Source: an uncultured virus (IMG/VR IMGVR_UViG_3300010233_000006)
Taxonomy: Duplodnaviria; Heunggongvirae; Uroviricota; Caudoviricetes
DNA length: 20,000 nt
Strand: one strand, 5' to 3'
IMG/VR virus record: IMGVR_UViG_3300010233_000006
Notes under the pieces: generated by a model
The model's input: the letters and a program-made list of their open reading frames with translations, nothing else
What the model was told of the DNA's origin: nothing
Databases searched by the model: none
Translations under genes and position numbers: made by a program
In this document: one piece after another, positions 15,046 to 20,000 of the stretch
How the letters are laid out: the number at the start of each line of letters is the position of its first letter
Position numbering within the stretch: the stretch's first letter is position 1

Positions 15046-16329
15046 CTAATGCGCAAGGCCGTTCGGCTTCGACTTCGGCGCTGGGGTCGGCACGATTTTC
15101 ATATCTCGCGGAGCGGTTTCGGGGTTTCCCCCTTCTGGCATCATGTTCACCGGGGTCCAGTACGCCTTGCCTATCCCATCAGGCTGGGCATTCATGTCAA
15201 GCAGGCCCTCTCTGATTTCATCTGCGTTCATGATTCCCCATTGGCGCAGGATAGCGATCCACTTTCCCATGGCCTCATGGTTGCCACGCAGCAGATTCAG
15301 ATAGTTAAATCTGGTGAAGATCGTCCGGAATTCCCGCGCGGACAGGAGCGAGGCATGCGTCTCCGATTCCCAGTTAGTGGTCCAGCGATTGAGAGAATAC
15401 AGAACGTATTCCAGGCTCAGCTCTTCGATGTTGTTGTTGGTGGCCCGGTCGAGCAGCCCGACGCGATGCTGGGGAACTCCATAGATCCGGCAGATGGCTT
15501 GTGCGGTGAGACCGGCAGTCTTGATGAATTCCGCGTCCACCATGTTGGATGCGGTTTCCTTATAGGTGACCCCCTCCTCCAGGATTGCGATGCGATACGC
15601 ATTGTCAAGTCCCTGGTGGCTCTCTGCCCAGTCCTTCTTGAGCCGTAAGAAGGCAGCGTCATCGATTTTCTGCGGATGCGTTAGCATGCCCCGAGGCTCA
15701 GCCGAGTTGCCGAAATATCTGGCACCATGCTCCGTGATAGCCATGTCGAGGCCGATTCGCTGCCGGTGGACTTCGATGGGAGAAAGCCCCGTTACGCCAT
15801 CGACCGACAATCCGCGCAAATGGAAAATCCGGTCGCCCGGCAAGGTGAACGGCTTCCCGTCCTGCATCTTGTACGTATACTGGAGCGGACCACCTTTATA
15901 TTGCCGGGTGATCTTCACCCGATCCGGGCGCCAGGGCCACAAAGCGGTAACCTGGCCGCGCCCATTGATCTCGATCTCGGCATAGGCATTGCCGTTCAAG
16001 CCCACCCATGTCTGCATCAGGTGGGTATACCGCCAGGCCGTCATTTCGGGATTCGCCTGGTCCTGCAACAAGCCCCAAAGATAGTGCTCGGTGGCGCGTT
16101 CTCGCCCTTCTTCCGTGCGCCGATATGTCATCTGGGGCATCGTGGCGATATCACTCGCCAGGGCGTCGACACAGGCCCAGACGGTATCCACTGCTAGGGC
16201 ACCGGTTTCCGAGACGAGCTTGCCGGTATAGGATGGTTGGCCCCCGAACTGTTGGTCAAGCAGTCGATCGAAATCCGACAGCGACATGCCAGCCCCAACC
16301 TGCTGTGCGGCCCTCCTTACAAGATTCAC
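15046..16329 (-). CDS. Portal protein, HK97 family
   Basis: TVWACVDALASDIATMP, ANPEMTA, LNGNAYAEI, IFHLRG.SVDGVTGLSPI, ICRIYGVP.H.VG, NNIEE, GIMNADEIR; GTG start with GAGG. Confidence 0.97.
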   Translation of the reverse strand: MNLVRRAAQQVGAGMSLSDFDRLLDQQFGGQPSYTGKLVSETGALAVDTVWACVDALASDIATMPQMTYRRTEEGRERATEHYLWGLLQDQANPEMTAWRYTHLMQTWVGLNGNAYAEIEINGRGQVTALWPWRPDRVKITRQYKGGPLQYTYKMQDGKPFTLPGDRIFHLRGLSVDGVTGLSPIEVHRQRIGLDMAITEHGARYFGNSAEPRGMLTHPQKIDDAAFLRLKKDWAESHQGLDNAYRIAILEEGVTYKETASNMVDAEFIKTAGLTAQAICRIYGVPQHRVGLLDRATNNNIEELSLEYVLYSLNRWTTNWESETHASLLSAREFRTIFTRFNYLNLLRGNHEAMGKWIAILRQWGIMNADEIREGLLDMNAQPDGIGKAYWTPVNMMPEGGNPETAPRDMKIVPTPAPKSKPNGLAH

Positions 16330-16460
16330 TGATCCCTCGTTTCGGAAATGGCCGTAGCCTTGGCCCGGCGTACTTCTGCTGATCTTATCAGGGCGTTCTG
16401 CGATGGGGTATGGCCGCTAAGTATACCCTGTTGCGCAGCTCGACGGACGATATTAAACAT
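16326..16460 (-). CDS. 44-aa mini-ORF resembling the portal N-terminus
   Basis: Manual translation MFNIVRRAAQQGILSGHTPSQNALIRSAEVRRAKATAISETRDQ; its TGA overlaps the portal GTG (GTGA). Confidence 0.5.
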   Translation of the reverse strand: MFNIVRRAAQQGILSGHTPSQNALIRSAEVRRAKATAISETRDQ

Positions 16461-16495
16461 GCGAATTTGGATTCGGAGTTTAGTTATGTCAAACT
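16461..16495. promoter_or_regulatory. Possible overlapping divergent sigma70-type promoters
   Basis: Plus strand TTGGAT(16467)-17 nt-CAAACT with an extended TG, pointing at the RNA at 16505; minus strand TTGACA(16492-16487)-17 nt-CAAATT. Both -10 boxes are weak. Confidence 0.3.
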
Positions 16496-16504
16496 TGTTG
16501 TTCT

Positions 16505-16635
16505 GGCCGGGTAATGCCTGAGATGGCCTCGGGCGGGCAGGACGCAGAATAACTCCAGCGGCGAGAGCGTCACGCCACAGCCCCTACTGTCTCGCTGGGA
16601 TGGTGGGGCGGCGGTTCGAATCCGCACACCCGGCC
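16505..16635 (+). ncRNA. tRNA-like expanded cloverleaf RNA (~130 nt), antisense to the late operon
   Basis: Closing stem GGCCGGGT/ACCCGGCC; hairpin GCCTGAG/CTCGGGC; GACGC/GCGTC arm; long GCCCC..GGGGC arm; T-arm GCGG-TTCGAAT-CCGC; G-U wobbles favour the plus strand. Confidence 0.6.
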
Positions 16636-16657
16636 CTCGAAGGAGTCTAGCGATTAA

Positions 16658-16969
16658 ATGTTCCCTACTATCCTCTATGACTACGTGGTCCCTGGCGAGG
16701 TGGAAATGGCGACGTTCTATCCACCGGAAACGGCAAATGCATGGAACGGTGAATGGCATCGTCTGGATGGTGGCCATTTCATCCGATACCTTCCTACCTT
16801 TTGGGGTGGTGGCTGCTTCCAGCATGCGAGACCGAACAATCGGGATCGAGGCTTGGCGACATCCTATCCCGGTCTTTGTCTTCGCTGTTCTTCCGCCACC
16901 CGATCAGCGGATATCAGAAACGAAATCCAGACTCCTGAGATTCCACCGACAATCGGTCCCAACGGATGA
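16658..16969 (+). CDS. Hypothetical protein downstream of the tRNA-like RNA
   Basis: AAGGAG about 12 nt upstream; occupies otherwise empty sequence, but its 3' third overlaps a minus-strand gene. Confidence 0.4.
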   Translation: MFPTILYDYVVPGEVEMATFYPPETANAWNGEWHRLDGGHFIRYLPTFWGGGCFQHARPNNRDRGLATSYPGLCLRCSSATRSADIRNEIQTPEIPPTIGPNG

Positions 16970-17127
16970 TACACCATCCATGCCCCGTACGAAATCGAAG
17001 CCATGCCACCGAAGAAGAAGACCTGCTCCAGGACGGCCGGCACGATGGCCGTCACCTTCTGGCGCGCCTTTGTGGCAGCGCGCTGGAAGGCACTGAAGCC
17101 GCGGTGGACGGGAATGATGGAGGTCAT
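16864..17127 (-). CDS. Small membrane protein (two hydrophobic segments), of the kind often found between terL and portal
   Basis: VFFFGGMASISYGAWMVYHPLGPIVGGISGVWISFLI; ATGA overlap with the upstream ORF. Confidence 0.75.
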   Translation of the reverse strand: MTSIIPVHRGFSAFQRAATKARQKVTAIVPAVLEQVFFFGGMASISYGAWMVYHPLGPIVGGISGVWISFLISADRVAEEQRRQRPG

Positions 17128-17462
17128 CGCTTTGCCGACCAGGATGTGAATACGCTAAGGTCATCGCCGCTTCCGGCGACAGGAGGTTGCGGGCTTTCTT
17201 TGCTTTTCAAGTGAGCTGCCACACGATCCGCGAGGACTTCGATTAGCCCTGCGGAGGGTTGCAGGTCATCCAGCCACATTCCCTTATCGAAGATCAAGAA
17301 CTTGATTCCGTGCTCTTTTTCGAACGGGGCAAGCTGCTCTTTCAGCCGTAGGAAATCGGCTTCGCTCAGGTTAGTATCCACCTCCAAGGCATACGTTTTG
17401 CCTCGCTCCAAACCGCGAGCGGCCACCGCGCCAATCACAAGTTCAGGTGCTTCCATCGTCAT
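17124..17462 (-). CDS. Hypothetical protein with a segment resembling the portal clip region
   Basis: Tightly packed in the operon; YALEVDTNLSEADFLRLKEQL...KFLIFDKGM. Confidence 0.7.
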   Translation of the reverse strand: MTMEAPELVIGAVAARGLERGKTYALEVDTNLSEADFLRLKEQLAPFEKEHGIKFLIFDKGMWLDDLQPSAGLIEVLADRVAAHLKSKESPQPPVAGSGDDLSVFTSWSAKR

Positions 17463-17466
17463 GCCT

Positions 17467-17880
17467 TCAGTATTTCACAATCAACTGCGCCTTTACGGTC
17501 GTATCGGAGCAACTCCAGGTGATCCCTCCGGTCATGAACAGAGGAGAGGTGTCCGAGCGTTCATCCCGGTAGGAGTGATTCGGCGTCAATTGGACCGCAT
17601 TGTATGCCACATTGGGCGTGCCTGCCTTATCCTGAACGGTGCAGGTGGGCGAGCTGGTGGATTGCGGGATGAACTCGATCGACTTCAGCCAGACGCTCTT
17701 TGTATAGATATCGGCCGGCGAACTGGGAACCGTCGTCAAGGACACCACATGGTTGAAGATCCGCTCGGGCATCAGGATATCGGCGGCATGGACCAGGACC
17801 GGTAGAGCGACCCAGAGAATAAGGACGAGCGTGAAACTAATAAATGCACCACAAATGAATTTTGGATTATGACGGTACAT
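17467..17880 (-). CDS. Predicted exported beta-rich protein (Sec signal peptide)
   Basis: Basic N-terminus, hydrophobic FICGAFISFTLVLILWVALP, VHA-A cleavage site, two Cys in the mature part; AAGGA upstream. Confidence 0.72.
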   Translation of the reverse strand: MYRHNPKFICGAFISFTLVLILWVALPVLVHAADILMPERIFNHVVSLTTVPSSPADIYTKSVWLKSIEFIPQSTSSPTCTVQDKAGTPNVAYNAVQLTPNHSYRDERSDTSPLFMTGGITWSCSDTTVKAQLIVKY

Positions 17881-17950
17881 GGCTGCCCACTTCCTTTCTG
17901 GTGTGCCCGGGTTTTATGGCGCCTCGTCGGTACCCCACGAGCACAACCGA

Positions 17951-18208
17951 TCAGTTTGCTATCGGATGGTTTTGCGGGAAAGTTGCCTCTACTCCAACAT
18001 CGCGGAAGCAGCGTCCCCAGGTGTTCGATTCCGCCCAGCGCCCGACCGATGTACTGCGTTCGATCTGGCGGCCATAGGAATCAGTCTTGGAATCGTCCGG
18101 GGAACAGAACACAACGTTAATCATGTCGGGGCTCCAGACCGCCGTCACGATTGCATTATGGTCTCGCCGGATTTCATCCGTGTAGATCACTACATCGCCT
18201 ACTTTCAT
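17951..18208 (-). CDS. Small hypothetical protein (SH3-like N-terminus)
   Basis: AGGAGGTG RBS; MKVGDVVIY...AIVTAVWSPDMINVVF. Confidence 0.75.
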   Translation of the reverse strand: MKVGDVVIYTDEIRRDHNAIVTAVWSPDMINVVFCSPDDSKTDSYGRQIERSTSVGRWAESNTWGRCFRDVGVEATFPQNHPIAN

Positions 18209-18235
18209 TTGTTGCCTTCACCTCCTTTCCAAGTT

Positions 18236-19989
18236 CTACAGGAACCGAATCCCCCGTGTCGAGTAGACCGATTGGAATGGCTCGGGCATCGTCAGGGCTC
18301 GATTGAGTGCCATGATAAGAGCCACAGCCCCATCGATCTTATTCTCTTCCCGCTCTTTCCGCGGGTAGATGTTGTCTTTGAGGTCCCGCCAGCAGACCAC
18401 ATTGGAAATCTCCCATCCCAGGATCGGATCGCCATTGTGGTGGAAGCGGCCCTCGAGAACGACGGCCTCCAGTTCCTTCATGGGCGCCGAGAAATTCTGG
18501 ACGTTGGCATCCAGCGCGACTAGGAGAACGTTTTGATTCCAATCCGGCCGCGCCCGCATGACTTGGAGCAGCGGTTCCGACTGGTAGGGATCGTGCGGGA
18601 TCTCCCGTACCACAAAACGCTTCACGTCCTCGATCAGGCCATCTGCGATCCAGTTCAGGTCTGTGACATTCCCCGGGGTGACGGTCAGCAATTCATCATT
18701 CTGCCAACCCTGGTAGTGGATACCCTTGGACACGGCCGCTTCGTTCAGATAGTGCTCGGCGAAGGCGTAGTAGTGAACCTTGGGCTTCCCGTCCCCATCT
18801 GGAATCACCTTGCGAAACAGCCGTACTTTCGCTGCGATATCCACCCGGCTGGCCAGATCCACCCCGATCCAGCATTCCTGACGCTCGAACTCTTCGATCT
18901 TGAGATTGGGGTCGCCGCATCGGTCCCAGGCCACCATGTTCATCCAGGCAACCGCTGCGTTTACCCAGACGTTCAGGTGCTTCGTCTTGAAGACGTTTTG
19001 CTTGCGGGCGCTGTTGATCGCGTCCCGCTGCGCATCCAGCAGAAAGTCCGGTGAGACTGAGACCCCATAGTTCGGGTTGGCCTTGATCAGCGCCGCTTCC
19101 GAGGTCCACAGGTCAGTTTCATCAACCGTGTAGATCAGAACGAATAGCCGGTCGTTCTGAATCTTGCCTTCGAGCACCTTCTGGCAATCGATCTGGAGTG
19201 CGTAGCAGGGCCCTGATCGATCGCTGCCGGCAGTAGTGATGACCAGTAGGAGCGGCGATTGGCGCGCCCCCATCCCGGTTTTCATCGTGTCGTAGAACGT
19301 GTCGTCCGTGTGTTCGTGGTACTCGTCTACGATTGCGCAGGAGGGTGAGGCACCATCACCAGGCTTACCAATAAGCGGCTCGAAGCGGCTCCCATTCGCT
19401 GCGATCACCAGGGACTTAGCGTTGATCTTGACCCCGAAGGCCTCCCGAAAGTCGAAAGTGCGTTCGGCCATCTGCTTGGCCGGCCGAAATACCTCCCATG
19501 CCTGCTTCTCCGTGGTGGCCCCGCTATAGACTTCTGCACCGAACTCTCCGTCGGCCGCAAACTTGTAGTTTCCGCTCGCGGCAGCCCAGGTGGATTTGNN
19601 NNNNNNNNNNNNNNNNNNNNNNNNNNNNNNNNNNNNNNNNNNNNNNNNNNNNNNNNNNNNNNNNNNNNNTCGCTCCGACTGGCCCAGACGCCCTTCGTGT
19701 GGGGCATGCTCTCGATGAAACGGCAGGCCCGGTGCGCCTTCGCCGGATTGTAGCGGTATTGCCAGTCGTCGCGTTCCAGGTCCCGGAAGTGGCGTTCGCA
19801 GGCCAACTTCACCCATTTGCACGCGGGGATCAAGTCGTCCAGTACATCACGCGCGTACTGGTTGGCCTTCTCGGAATAGCCCGGCGGGCTCGGCGGCTTA
19901 GTTCGGCTTGTTCGGGTTGAAGAGGTCGGTGATGCTTTGGCCTTCGTCGAGGTTCGCGAACGGGTTCTTCTTGTCGGGTTCTGGGACAA
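18236..19989 (-). CDS. terL: Terminase large subunit (interrupted by an assembly gap)
   Basis: N-terminal ANQYARDVL...ACKWVKLACERH...FIESMPHTKG, gap, then KSTWAA (end of Walker A), EVYSGATT..QA, AIVDEYHEH (Walker B), LLVITTAG, IGVDLASRVD, HNGDPIL.W, KIDGAVALIMA. TTG start at 19989 is tentative. Confidence 0.95.
19599..19669. other. Assembly gap (71 N)
   Basis: Run of N; explains the apparent frame change within terL. Confidence 0.99.
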
Positions 19990-20000
19990 CGGACACCTTG
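19898..20000 (-). CDS. terS: Terminase small subunit, 3' end (P27-like)
   Basis: Manual translation ...KVSVVPEPDKKNPFANLDEGQSITDLFNPNKPN*; the NPF..L tail and overlap with the terL start are typical. Confidence 0.65.
   Translation of the reverse strand, partial: KVSVVPEPDKKNPFANLDEGQSITDLFNPNKPN

Larger units (their letters stand above)
1..20000 (-). mobile_element. Phage/prophage packaging-head-neck module (Caudoviricetes, HK97-like); extends beyond both window edges
   Basis: Canonical co-oriented order terS-terL-portal-protease-major capsid-connector-head closure. No att sites or integrase in the window, so free phage versus prophage cannot be decided. Confidence 0.97.

Noticed and set aside
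14635..15648. 337-aa plus-strand ORF and similar antisense ORFs (4332-4766, 7432-7974, 13131-13727, 17879-18523, 18533-19054)
   Set aside because: They overlap well-supported minus-strand genes, lack motifs, and are expected in GC-rich sequence
16505..16635. Canonical tRNA gene
   Set aside because: ~130 nt, no standard D-arm or anticodon arm geometry and no CCA; kept as a tRNA-like ncRNA
19405..19989. Programmed frameshift, intron or pseudogene in terL
   Set aside because: The frame change coincides with the 71-N gap, which looks shorter than the missing conserved segment; most likely an assembly artefact

Overview
The window is the DNA-packaging, head and neck module of a tailed phage or prophage with HK97-type architecture and roughly 60% GC, transcribed almost entirely on the minus strand. 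Gene order from right to left: terminase small subunit (3' end only), terminase large subunit (broken by a 71-N gap), several small ORFs, portal, a bacterioferritin-like gene, a three-domain protein fusing S49 and S78 head proteases, major capsid protein, a decoration-like protein, a second divergent major capsid paralog, two small structural ORFs, head-tail connector, a fibre-associated protein, an HNH endonuclease insertion, a 900-aa fibre/adaptor protein, head closure protein, then a GT2 glycosyltransferase, a hypothetical gene and a SAM methyltransferase. The most unusual feature is the head cassette: a bacterioferritin homolog with a remodelled ferroxidase/heme site between portal and protease, a double protease, and two HK97-fold capsid genes, one without the scaffold domain. 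This recalls encapsulin/ferritin systems or a two-component capsid. Other oddities are two portal-resembling mini-ORFs, tRNA-like structured RNAs, an antisense Tat-signal gene and a possible virion glycosylation cluster. All family assignments come from motif recognition by eye; no database searches were run.
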